64,000 nucleotides of DNA from Callorhinchus milii (taxonomy: Eukaryota). Where the stretch lies: positions 38,752,001 to 38,816,000 of the forward strand of contig NW_024704742.1 of NCBI RefSeq assembly GCF_018977255.1. Direction: 5' to 3'. A program made the position numbers and the translations under genes. Within the stretch, counting starts at the first letter, position 1; each line of letters begins with the position of its first letter. The notes under the pieces were generated by a model that was given only the letters and a program-made list of their open reading frames with translations, was not told the DNA's origin and did no database searches. Below are positions 39,765 to 51,290 of this stretch, one piece after another.

Positions 39765-39933
39765 CAGCGTCCTTCCCCTCCTGGCTTCAGTCACCGTCCT
39801 TCCCCTCCTGCTCTCCACCCTCCCCGATCCTGACCCCCAGCTCAGGTCCAAAACACTGATTGTCCAGCGCCTTGGTGCGTCCTTCCGACATGAAAGGCGC
39901 TGTACAAATGTAATTTTTTTGCTTGTTGTTGTT
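39765..39933 (+). mobile_element. L2 3' terminal fragment
   Basis: CCCCAGCTCAGGTCCAAAACACTGATTGTCCAGCGCCTTGG..CGACATGAAAGGCGCTGTACAAATG; same family as 57020-57200. Confidence 0.85.
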
Positions 39934-41252
39934 ACCTTCACACGCTCACAAGTCAAAAAGATATGTAAGGTCCTGCAAAAAGAGATGTCATGAACTAACA
40001 CCTCAATCAGACTGTTTTCTGCACATGGAGCAAATGCTTTTGGTGCTATTTGTAGAAATGTAAATATTTAGACTTAGTAGCTTCAGTGTATCATGAACTA
40101 ATTCAATCTGATCTGTTTGTTTCTTTCGAACTGAGATGGAAAAGCTATTCAAACACATTCAAGATTTCATTCAGTCCAGCTCTGATAAATAATCCTGTGT
40201 GTCCTGACCAGAAATACAAGTTCAAGGTTTCACAGTGCACCTTTAGATGGTATCTCCATCATCAACCAGACAACTACAGTATATCTGCTCAACTGGGAAA
40301 GAGTTACTTACAGTGGTTGTAACTAACCCCCATGGCACGTTTAAATAAACATACTGTATTCTCTAACAGCAGTCAATGTCTTTCACACAGAGTCTCTTAG
40401 TCTACAACATCACTCCATCATCCACTGCGGAAACACTGGAACTGGAATTGCTTCCCAGTAATGACTAACGCTAAAACCATTTTAGATCTGGAAGCAGTAT
40501 TCAGCGATTAATTCAGTGTGGATTTAAAATTTCCTCGTGCAAACTTTGCTAAGCAGCGTATCCCATTGTAAATGCTATTTGTAGCAGCAATAACCTCCGT
40601 ACTGGTTTGACAGTGGAATAAAGTTTCTCGTGGTGTCCTGGTCTACAATCCTCTAGATAAACTAGCCATTCACTTCATGGCTGTATTTGCCTAAAGTCAC
40701 TACTCTTGACTGAAATTTCCCAAGTATAAATTGCATTGTTGTGGAATCTGCCTGAAATATAATCTCCTCATGAAAGTACTGGACATGGGCATAATTTACA
40801 AGAAGGGAAGACAATGAAATGTAACAAAAATGCCAGAATACAATATCATCTTTTCCACCCATACGGTGCTTTGAGATATTTAGACATTATAAGTCCTATA
40901 TAAAAGGCAAAGATCATTTTTTATTTGTTACTCTGGTATAAATAAAATCACAGGGGAACGCCAGAGAAACTGTCCACTGGCTTTGCAACCAGGCAAAACT
41001 AATTCAATAAGGAACATTTGAATCGTGTAGAAAACAGACACTAGAAAGGAATGCGTTCATTCCACAACACCAAACAGTGAATTAAAATAGGCCATTTCCC
41101 ATGTGTAAATTGCATTGTTGTGGAATCTGCCTGAAATATAATCTCCTCATGAAAGCATGTGGACATGGGCACAACTTACAAGAAGAGAAGACAATGACAT
41201 TTTCCCTAGTGCAATAAAAATCCCAGGATACTAATGTCATATTATCCACCCA

Positions 41253-41477
41253 TAATAATAATAATCCTTGCATTTGATATAGTGCTTTTCATGCATTCTA
41301 GACATCTCAAAGCACTTCACAGAATATACTGTAAAGTGAATTGACTGTATATTTGTGGTCGAAACAAGACAGCCAATTGCACACAGCAGTGTCCCACAAA
41401 CAGTAGTGGATTGAGTGACCAAATTATTTTTTTTTTCTTGAGTGATTATTATCAGGAGTGCGGAGTATAACTTTCCA
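41253..41477 (-). mobile_element. tRNA-SINE, headless
   Basis: (AAT)n AATCCTTGCATTTGATATAG..GAGTGACCAAATT..GGAGTATAACTT. Confidence 0.88.
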
Positions 41478-41814
41478 TAAAAATATTTGATCATCTGCAC
41501 CTGTATTGTATCTATCATCTTGAATGCTTTTGACATCCAGATTCTGCTCAGTTCAATTTTAAAAGAGTTATTCGACATTTGGAACCACTGTGTATCTTTC
41601 CACATATCTACGACTGTGCGGAGGAAAGAATTCAGAACTTTACTGTGGTGAAATTCTTCTTGCTACTAAGTCTGGCACCACTGAGCATGTGAGTTTATAA
41701 TGAGAGAATTAGGCATTTCAGACCTTGAGAGAATTAGGCATTTCAATGAAATAAAGAAGGATTAAAAATTATCTCTTTTGGTAAGTAGTATCAATGATTT
41801 GTATTTTGATAATA

Positions 41815-42225
41815 ATGTCACAAGATCGTGAGAGAAGTTAGGATGAAGAAGGCCCTTCGGTCCATTTGATATCAACCTTTAAGAATGCTCATCCTACCAG
41901 CCTCCCATTATAACAGCAAGCTTTTTTTTGAATGAGTACGTCCTGGCCTCAACCACCCTTTCCGGTAACTTGTTTCAGACATTAATTACCCTTTGGGTAA
42001 AGAAATATTTCCCAGTGTCTGTCCTGAAGTTGCCCTTTGTAACCCTGAGCCTGTGACCTCTTGTTCTGCTGCCTCAGTATTGTTCTGGATTCGCCTTTTC
42101 AATCCCATTTAAAATCATGTACCTCTACAAGGGCCCTTTTGTGATGTATTCTTTCAAGCCTGAAGAGCTCTAGCTTGTCTAATCATTCCTTGTATCTCAT
42201 TCATTTAACACTAGGAGTCATCTTA
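41815..42225 (-). mobile_element. CR1-type LINE 3' fragment
   Basis: TCACAAGATCGTGAGAGAAGTTAGGATGAAGAAGGCCCTTCGGTCCAT..CTTTCAAGCCTGAAGAGCTCTAGCTTG. Confidence 0.8.
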
Positions 42226-42230
42226 ATTTA

Positions 42231-42570
42231 TGTGTCAGCCTGGTTCAGTTGGTAGGTCTCTCACCTTGAGTCAAAAGATTGGAGTTTCAAGCCCCACATT
42301 GAGATCCTGAATTTACATTATAGGCTGACTCTCCAATGCAGTGCTGGTTGGAGGTGCTGTTCCTTGGATGGGACATTAAACCAAGGTCTTCTCTGCCTGT
42401 TCAGGTGGACCTTAAAGACTTCATGATACTATTCAAAACAAAAAAGGATTTTTTCTTGGTGTCCTGTACAACGATCCCCCAAATAAAATACACTTTACAA
42501 TGAATCGTGTGAGGTATTTTGAGATGTTTCGACAACATGATGAAGCGCTACCTCAAGTGTAAGGATTATT
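42231..42570 (+). mobile_element. Deu-domain SINE (internal deletion in tail)
   Basis: TGTGTCAGCCTGGTTCAGTTGGTAG..GGAGGTGCTG..CCTGTTCAGGTGGAC..AAGGATTATT. Confidence 0.85.
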
Positions 42571-42871
42571 CTCAAATCAATTTAAGAATGTTAGAATTAG
42601 GCCCCTTACATTTTAAAATTCCTCCTCTGATCTTGAGCAAGATATATTTTGAGGTTCCATTGTATTTTAAAGCCTTCTTGATGTGAGCCAGGCACATTTC
42701 AGTGTCTCCATTGTATGCAGATCAGAATACTTAATCATGTTCTGATGTCTGCTTAGTTTAAACAGTGTTTCAGCAGAGCAAATGCAAGGATCAGATCTGA
42801 CTCTTGTCCTATCTGTTCACACCGGGTGCATTACGATCTGTAGGAAGATCGCACATTAATTTTAAAAAATT

Positions 42872-43086
42872 CCTTCACCTCACATTGTCCCTCTCTGCTT
42901 TTAGGACTCTTCTAAAAACTTATCTCTCTGACTGTATCCGCTCTCATCTTCATTCTCTTACTATCTTTCTCTTACACCCGCGGCCCCTTTGTCTATCTTG
43001 CTTGGGTTCCCACATGTCTCTGTAAAGTGTTTCAAGATGTTATCCTAAATGAAAGACGCTAAGTAAGTGCAAGTTGTCATTGTTGT
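42872..43086 (+). mobile_element. L2 3' end (decayed)
   Basis: CTTCTAAAAACTTATCTCTCTGAC..GTAAAGTGTTTCAAG..AAGTGCAAGTTG. Confidence 0.6.
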
Positions 43087-43992
43087 TCATTTTCTAATAT
43101 TACTGTCACATTTTGAGTGCTATGTATGTATCCTATGATATGCCTCTGACTTCTGACGTCTCTTCACAAAGGAAATTGCCCTGTTTATGGTGATATAGTT
43201 TTCAGGCAATTACATCAAGTTACTGCAACTACCTTTCTCCATATCATTAATGGACTGTGCTTTCAGTCAACCTTTCCTTCCCCATCCCTTTTGGCTCATA
43301 TCCCTAGTTTGGGTGCCCAGCCAGCAGTATCAAGCAATGTGAGACATCCTCCAGACGTGAAAGGTGCTATATAGTATAAATTGTATTGTATTGCAATGAT
43401 TAGCATTAACAGACCAGATTTCATTAAATATACAGTCACTACATTTTAAAGTATATCCTATGAAGCGCTTTATTATTTTAAAAATCCATTGCGAGTTAGC
43501 CGTAAAACTGTAACAGCATTTACCTAACTTCTTTCTACTGGTATGATCTCTGCTAGATCAGTGAGACAGCGTGCAGATCGGGACAGTGCTTTGCCAATAA
43601 TCTGTGTTTTGTCTGCAAACTGCACTATCCACTCTCACTTTGACCTCTCTGTCCTTGGCCTCTTACATTGCTCGAGCAAAGCTTAACGCAAACTTCAAGA
43701 GCAGTATCTTATCTTTTTATTGAAGCACCTTTTAGTCCACAGGTTTAAACATCTTCACATCTTATAGCTGTTCCCACTACTAGCCCGCTCCACTCCCCAC
43801 CCCAGATTTGTTTTACTCTCTGCTTAGTTTTACTCAATTGTATTCTATTTCACACTTTACTGCTGTTTAATCATCTCCCTAAATCTCTCATTAACGTTTC
43901 ACAATCTGTCAATATTTTAAAAAATCATATATACAGTGTAATACTATATATAAAATAATTTCTTAACTTCTTCCTAATGTTTCTCTTCACTT

Positions 43993-44319
43993 ATAATAAT
44001 AATAATATAATAATAATCCTTGCATTTGATATAGCGCTTTTCACGTCGGGAGGACGTCCCAAAGCGCTTCACAGAAGACACTGTAAAGTGAATTGACTGT
44101 ATATTTGTGGGCGAACGCGGCAGCCAATTGCGCACAGCAATGTCCCACAAACAGTCATGGATTGAAAATGACCAATTTATTATTGTTTTTGGTTTTGGAG
44201 GGATTATTATTAGGCGTGTGGAGTAAGGAAACTTGCCCAAGGTTTCGCCCTGCCTGGAATTGAACTCAGATCTCTCGCTTGCAAAGCGAGTGCTCAACCA
44301 CTGAGCTACAGGACTCCAC
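43993..44319 (-). mobile_element. tRNA-derived SINE, short young form, full length
   Basis: Reverse complement near-identical to 22554-22887; CpGs retained. Confidence 0.95.
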
Positions 44320-45394
44320 TTGACCTCCTCTGCTCAAGACTGGGCAACCCATTATAACGTACCTGTTTATAGTGTGTGTATATTGTGAACTATGAGTATA
44401 CTGGAAGAGTGACACACTTCTGGCCTCCAGTACTGACTAGCTTACTGTACATCGTGAGCATGAAGAAAACAAGCAAATGGGGAGAGCTTTGAGACATCTC
44501 AAAGATGTGGTAAGGCGCTATATCAAATGCAAGGATTATTATTATAGACTCAAACCACTGCATTCTAACAGGATCACTCAACCTTAAGGGGTCCTTGTTC
44601 ATCTCTGATGTAGGGTTTTGACCTAAAACATGGATTGGTTTTGATGGAATCAGAGATTTGTAGCATTTTTGATTTTCTTGCAGGTTCATACCATTCATGT
44701 CTTTTTTCTTTCTGCATCTTCCCCCTTTGGCTCAGTTCTGCACCTGGTTGCTTTAAACTGCATATTGATGACGCCTGTTAACATGTTTGTAAATTATGCT
44801 GTCCCTCTGCCCACTCTAAAATTAGATACTGGTGTTTCTTGTCAGTTCTAAATAATATGTTGAGATATTTTAACAGAGGAAACAGCAATATATATGTTCA
44901 AAAATGTTGTAACTTTCAGCAAATTTGAAGGAGTCATATTGGGGATATCTTATCTGCAAACCTATTTTTAAACCAAATATTTTACTCATTTGTTCATAGT
45001 GAGCTCCTTCTATTAATAATCTATATCTAATCAGGTGTGGGCAACCTTGTATTAATGTTGCTTTGTATTAACAAGAGCATGTATTATAAGAAACATAAAT
45101 TAGTTACTGAAAACTGTGAATGAAATTCTATTTTAGGAATAATTTCATTGTTTAAACTTTAAGTTATGGCAGTCAGTTTTGCTGCCCATTTATAATGCTG
45201 GACAAACTCCTGCCAGGAGATGATTGCTGCCAGAAGAACTGCAGATTAACATGCAGACCTGTTTGGTTAGAAGTATTATTGTTTGGGTTTGGAACTAGAG
45301 GCTCAACAAAGCATTCCTGGTCTAAAAACTGGGCTCTAAATCACTTTACTGCAGCCTGTACTTGGGTATACACAGTCAGGTACAATGCACAATC

Positions 45395-45555
45395 AATATG
45401 GCTGTTTGTGGGACATTGCTGGGTGCAAATTGGCTGCTATGTTTGCCTACAGATACATAGTCACCACACGTTGCAGTAAATATTATGAAGCGCTTTGAGA
45501 TGTTTTGACAATGTGATAAGGCACTGTATCAAATGCAAGGATTATTATTAATAGT
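45395..45555 (+). mobile_element. SINE tail-only fragment
   Basis: ATGGCTGTTTGTGGGACATTGC..TATCAAATGCAAGGATTATTATT. Confidence 0.85.
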
Positions 45556-46184
45556 TATTTGAGGTTTCAAAGTTTATTAGATAGAAAGATGAATGTGTCA
45601 AGTTGATTGAGTTATTTTTGCATTCTGTGTCATAAAAACATCATGTTAATAGAACTCTAAGGCTATTTAAAAAGACAGATTCAGAGAAATAGTCTCATTA
45701 TTCCATCCATTTTTTTGCTTCAGCTTCTGTAGAGTGCTGCGGGTTGCAGTTCTCTGAGGAATGGTGGTTCATTCAGTGTAGTGCCTTATTGTGTTGTCAA
45801 GACATCTCAAAATACTTTATACGATTGTAAAGTGTAGTGCCTGTGTATTTGTAGGTAAACACAGGAACCAATTTGTGTACAGTAAGGCCCCAAATGGTCA
45901 TATTTCATCAATTAACCTAGACGATGTGTTTTGACAGGCGAGTTAACCATGAGCTATCACAGTCAAGAACCGATAACACCTTCCACTGGACGTGCACATA
46001 CATGAACTTCCAGCTCAGTGATGAGTTACCAGGAGTGGCAAGTTAGGCATACATATAAATACATCAATACTGTAAATGAGGTTGGGATATTGACAGCATC
46101 ATGGCTTAAATGGTAGTGGCAAGTTAAACCAGGGTTGAGTTATGAGGAGTTTACTGTAGTCTTATATTCAGTCTTAATTTTACA

Positions 46185-46480
46185 AAGATTTACTAAGAAC
46201 GTACAGCACGGAAATGGCCACTGTACCCAACCAGTCCATGCCAGTGTCTATACTCCACACAAATCTTCACCCATTCCTTACTCACTTCCATACACTTCTA
46301 TTCCCCTCTTCGTCATTTAAAGATCTAGCTTCCTCTTGAATGCATCTACACCAAATGATTCAACCACCGCTTTAGGCTGCAAGTTCCACAATGTCACTAA
46401 CCTCTGTGTCAAGTGTTCCTCCTGAATTCTCTTTTAGATCTTATATTTGTGTCCCCTGGTTACAGACTCCCCAACCAATC
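46185..46480 (-). mobile_element. CR1-type LINE 3' fragment
   Basis: AAGAACGTACAGCACGGAAATGGCCA..TTCCTCTTGAATGCATC..GTTCCACAATGTCACTAACCTCTGTG. Confidence 0.7.
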
Positions 46481-47057
46481 TTGTACTTCATGTTACAATG
46501 CATCCAAAAAAAACTGCGCACCTTCAAATTAAAACTGAATTGAAGACTGCTTTCCCAAATTCTGCACAATCTTAAATTGTAAGACAAGCATATTAAGCTG
46601 AAGGACATGAGAACGTGCGGGCTCTCATCTGCACATCGTAACAGACTTCCACACTTCTTCAGAGTTGTGGTTAAAAGTATAAATTATAAAGATAAATAGG
46701 TCCAGCAGATCAGCCGATCAGTGCTCTCCTCTCCAGAGAGCAAATATGTCACATAACAGGCTTGCAGTGAGTTGACGGATTATGGGTGTTCTGCTGCTAC
46801 TGTTATTCATAAGCAATGTTTGTTTACAAAGGAGCCATTGCAGAAAGCAGTGCAGGTGGATGGAGAACGTATCCTGGCTGAGTGCTTCTGCCCAGTTCAA
46901 TGGGATTGTCTGCCAACTCCCTGTTGCTTGGCAGTGGGGTGTGAAGGAAATTGGACTTAGTCACGTCACATTTTTTGGTTTATTGCAGGAAGTTGGTAGG
47001 TTTAATGATTCCTGGCTAACAACAGGGGTAGAGAAATTTCTTGTGCAAGTAGATGTT

Positions 47058-47609
47058 GTATTAGCATGGCTCAGTTGGTAGCACTCTCGCCTGAGTCATC
47101 ACGTTGTGGTTACAAGCCTCATGTTGTGGACATTGAGCCATTGGCTAGGCTGACACTCCAGTACAATTAGGACTGTTAAGAATTAAGTTAACAACATAAC
47201 ATCTTATCTTGTCAAGGTTCTCAAAGTGCTTCACAGGATTTACTGTTAAGTATAGTGACTACAATTTGTAAGCAAATGCGACAGTGTGCTGTCTTGACAG
47301 AGGTACAATCCTTCAGATGATACACTAAACCGAAGTCTTGTCTTCCTGTTCAGGGGGACGTTAAAGATCCTATAGACCTGTTAGAAAAGAGAAGGGAGTT
47401 TTTCCTGGTTCCTGGCCAACACTTTCCCCAGATAAAATTGATCATTTACTTTATGGCTATTTCTGGGACACTGTTGTGCGCAAATTGATTGGCACATTTG
47501 TAACCAAAATGCAATCACTACACTTAACAGCAAATTCTGTGAAGCATTTTGAGATGTCTCAATGACATGATAAGATCCTATATCAAATGCAAAGATGATT
47601 ATTATTATT
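47058..47609 (+). mobile_element. Deu-domain SINE with an inverted tail piece inserted (~47190-47285)
   Basis: GGCTCAGTTGGTAGCACTCTCGCC head; CTAGGCTGACACTCCAG; then minus AAAGTGCTTCACAGGATTTACTG; then core and tail resume. Confidence 0.85.
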
Positions 47610-49024
47610 AGTGGCTTTGGCGATGTTGGCTTTAGAATGAATTCTGGCATAGCATGATCCTTTGGCCATTCTGGATTTTCCAGTGACTTGTTTTATAGTC
47701 ACAGGGGGATAATAAAATGTTTCAGTAAAATGAGTCAAAACCAACAAAGCAAACTGTATTTTACGGCAGTCCAAGTGGGAATTATACATTATGTATTATA
47801 GACTAGCTAACATCAGATGTGCAGTATAATTCAGAGTTGTGGATCTTTTTATGTTATAATTTCATCTCTTTTCCCAGTCACCCCGCCTATGCATTCTTTT
47901 AGTTATGAAGGGGCTTGTGCTTTGTGACCTTCCCAGAGCAAAAAANCTGAGCTGGAACCCTCTGAGCAGTGAAATGTTGGGGTCATAAAAATGCTTGTTT
48001 GGGAAAATTGTATCATAAATGCCTTCTAAATGCGATGTAAAGTACATCTCCTCCACGTGCATCACACCAACCAATGTAAATTTTTCCGGTTGGAGTAGAT
48101 TTCTCACATGTTCACATTACTTATATGTGATTTCCAGGAACAGACACATTGTAAGTCACGAGTTGCTTTACTTGCTGTTAAGCATCACTTAACTCATCCA
48201 ATTTCTAAACAAGCTTTTATAAAAAGATGGGCTATTATGTAGGTAAGAAATTTCTCATGATGTTAATGGTAACATCTTATGCAATGTGTGTTGCAGCGAT
48301 GCCTCCGTTTATGTGTATCGGGGGGTCAATGGAAGTCTAAAACATGGTGATTTCAAATGTTCCTTTTTTAATAAGGACATTGAGTTGCAGAAAGGGAATT
48401 CCTTCAGGCAACAGTCAACCACCCAGGTGGAACTGCTCTGGAATGAGTTCCAACTTGGGAATTGGGAATAACTATTATGAAATCCCATTTGAAATTGCTG
48501 TGATGTTGCTGCTGTGTTTTTTGGTTGTTGAGTTAGGAACCTACACTCACACATGGGCAGCAAATCCACTGGCACGTCCTACATCAAGGCAGGCTGCTCA
48601 CTGTACCGATGCTTGATAAGGTGCACATGTTGATGAATGCATATCGCTTTCATACCAAAGTAGAATAGCAACAGATTACTCTCAGAGTATTTCAACTATT
48701 GCAGATAACCAAGGTCATATCACCAAAACTGTGCCAGACCAACAAGGATAGACATCCAAACTATTTTACTGTGTGAGTTTCTGTGAGGGAGAGACGGAGA
48801 GTGTACATGTATGTTTAGCCCAGTTGACATTGATGTATTTTGTTCCACTGTTGTGTTGCAATATATTACTTTATAAGCGAGTTTTCTATCAAGGGATAAA
48901 ATCATTTTCACTTGAAAATAGTTATCATCAAGCTATATTGATGGCAGAGTAAAATTAGAAAGTTTAAAAGTGTTATTTCTGTAATTCTTTTTTAGAGTCT
49001 GACTTTTTATTACGCATCCTGAGA

Positions 49025-49915
49025 TGTGAGCGATATGGCAGAGTCAGCATTTATTGCCCATCTGGTTACCCTAAGATGGTGGTGATGCACTTCTCTTTAA
49101 AACATTGCAATCCTTGTGGCGATGGTGACCCCATCTATAGTGTTAGGCAGGGAGTTACAGGATTTTGTCCCAGTGATGATGAAGGAACAATGATGTTGAG
49201 TTTGTTGGAGGGGAACTTTTAGGTGTTGGTGTTTCCATGCTACCATTGTTCTTATTCTCCTGGATGGTGAAGAAGACAGGACTGGGAGGTGCTGTTGAAT
49301 AAGGTTGATGAGTTGCTACAGTATATTCTGAGATAGCACACAACGCAGCCACAATGTGTCCGTGAGAAAGGGAGCGAATCTTGAGGATCTGGGATGCTGA
49401 TCAAGTGAACTCCTTTCTCCTGGATGGTCAATCTTCTCACGTGTTGCAGTATCCAGGCAGGTGGTGAATATTCCATTACACTTCTGAGTTGAGTCCTGTA
49501 GATAGTGGGAAGATGTGGAGGAGTTAGGTTAGCCCACCGTGTGTTGCCACAAGATGAATTCCTGCAGTTGAATGCAACTAAGATGTTGATATGACTAGCT
49601 TAGTTAAGCTTCTTGTCATTGGTGATTCCCCAAGAAGTTTCTGTTATTCATTGTCGGGTCTCATTGCTCTGTGGTGCTATCCCTCGTGAAGGGTGGTATA
49701 TAAATGTAATTTATTGTTGTTGTTGTCTCATCGATACGGAGAAATGGCTGGGTTCTCTCTTATTGGAGATGGTCATCGCTTGGCACTTTTGTGGTACGAA
49801 TGTTATCTGCCGCTGTGAACACTGTGGAATCACCAGCAAACAATCCCACTCCTGACCTTATGGTTCAGGGAAGATCATTGAGGAAGCATCTGAAAATGGT
49901 TGAATCAAGTACACT
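49025..49915 (-). mobile_element. CR1/L2-group LINE RT and C-terminal fragment, with an L2-tail insertion at ~49650-49725
   Basis: Minus translation SVLDSTIFRCFLNDLP*TIRSGVGLFAGDSTV (decayed RT, FADD-like motif) and QVRSVMEYSPPAW-like motif. Confidence 0.8.
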
Positions 49916-50050
49916 GTGCACTGGGTGCAAACTGGCTGCTACTTTCACATACAAAATACACAGTCAGCACACTTTACAGTAAATCTGTGAAGAGCTTTGA
50001 GACATCTCAACACAATGATATATCAAATGCAAGGATTGTTGTTATTATTT
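49915..50050 (+). mobile_element. SINE tail-only fragment
   Basis: GTGCAAACTGGCTGC..TATCAAATGCAAGGATTG. Confidence 0.8.
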
Positions 50051-51139
50051 AAAGTTACTTATCATTTGAAGTTAATTTATATGGTGTAAACCATAACAGA
50101 TTCTTAACAAACGTGTTTTTTGAATTTGTTACGAAACATCACATTGTTCCATCCATCACCAAAGCCAAGCTCTGGGAATTAACAACCCTAACTTTGGCAC
50201 AATGGATCAGAGTGAAACTGGTTTCCAAAATGTTTCAGCTCCTCTTGGATGGAGTTTAGTGAGTCCAATTATTTTTTAGACCACAGAGCCAGCATTTCAA
50301 TCCTGCTTCAAAGGACATTGATTGAGCGACGTTGCTATTCTATTTTAGCTGCACAGACCACAGACGGACTGAAGCTCCTTATCTGTCTCATCTCAAACCT
50401 ACTGTAGGAGTGTGGCACTTCAGTTTTTTAGTCCAGCCATCCTGTGGTCTCTTGAGTGCCAATAGGAGCCAGATCATGAACACATTAGGAGCTTGGATTA
50501 TGTTTCATGTTAAATCGGTTGTAACGTTTGCATTGATAGCATATGAAATGTACAGTAGTAACCTATCTTGAGCCAGAGTGTAATTGTGCTACAGTCTATT
50601 TCCTGAGACTCCATGCAGCTCAGCTCACGATAGACCTCCTAACCTACTTACCTGTGGTAACCAGTGCTCTTGGAAAGTATTCCTTAATATGTTTCAGTTG
50701 GGACTTTTGGAACTGGAGTTTAGACAAACTATGTTTATAATTTACTGTATTGTATGTTTTTTTATATCGAAAATGCTGTTCTAATAAAATCTCAGCAGAA
50801 ATATTTCAAAAGCTTGGCATTTTGCAATTCTCAGAATTATGTAAAGCTCTATAAAAAAAAAGTTCTGAATGTTTGAACTCAGTGTATTTCAAACCTCAAC
50901 CAGAACTCCAAATTAGCACAAGAAACACATATCACAACACAGTTATATAGTTCCGACTAAGTCTGGCTTGAGATAGATCACATTCACCTTTTAATTGACT
51001 GTGTTTCCAGCCTGTCCAACTTCAGTTGTCTTAGTGTTGGTTAGGGCACCTGGTTGGCCTTCAACTAAACATATCTGAAAGTGGAACTAGTCCCAAATGA
51101 ATCTTGCAATAGTATTGCGCTTTAGTAGGTCATAAGCTC

Positions 51140-51290
51140 ATACAAATTACAGCTCACAATGAGGTAATTTGGCCCATCGAGGCTTTGGTGGTGCTTCCTC
51201 CCTCACTATAGCTATGTCCTCTAATCGCAATTTCCTGATCTTTCCCCCTATCCCTTTCATGTTGTTTCTCTGTAAATGCTTATCCAAGGC
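51140..51290 (-). mobile_element. CR1-type LINE terminal fragment
   Basis: ATTTGGCCCATCGAG..CCCCTATCCCTTTCATG..AAATGCTTATCCAA. Confidence 0.6.

Noticed and set aside
47946..47946. Single N base
   Set aside because: Sequence ambiguity, not a biological feature
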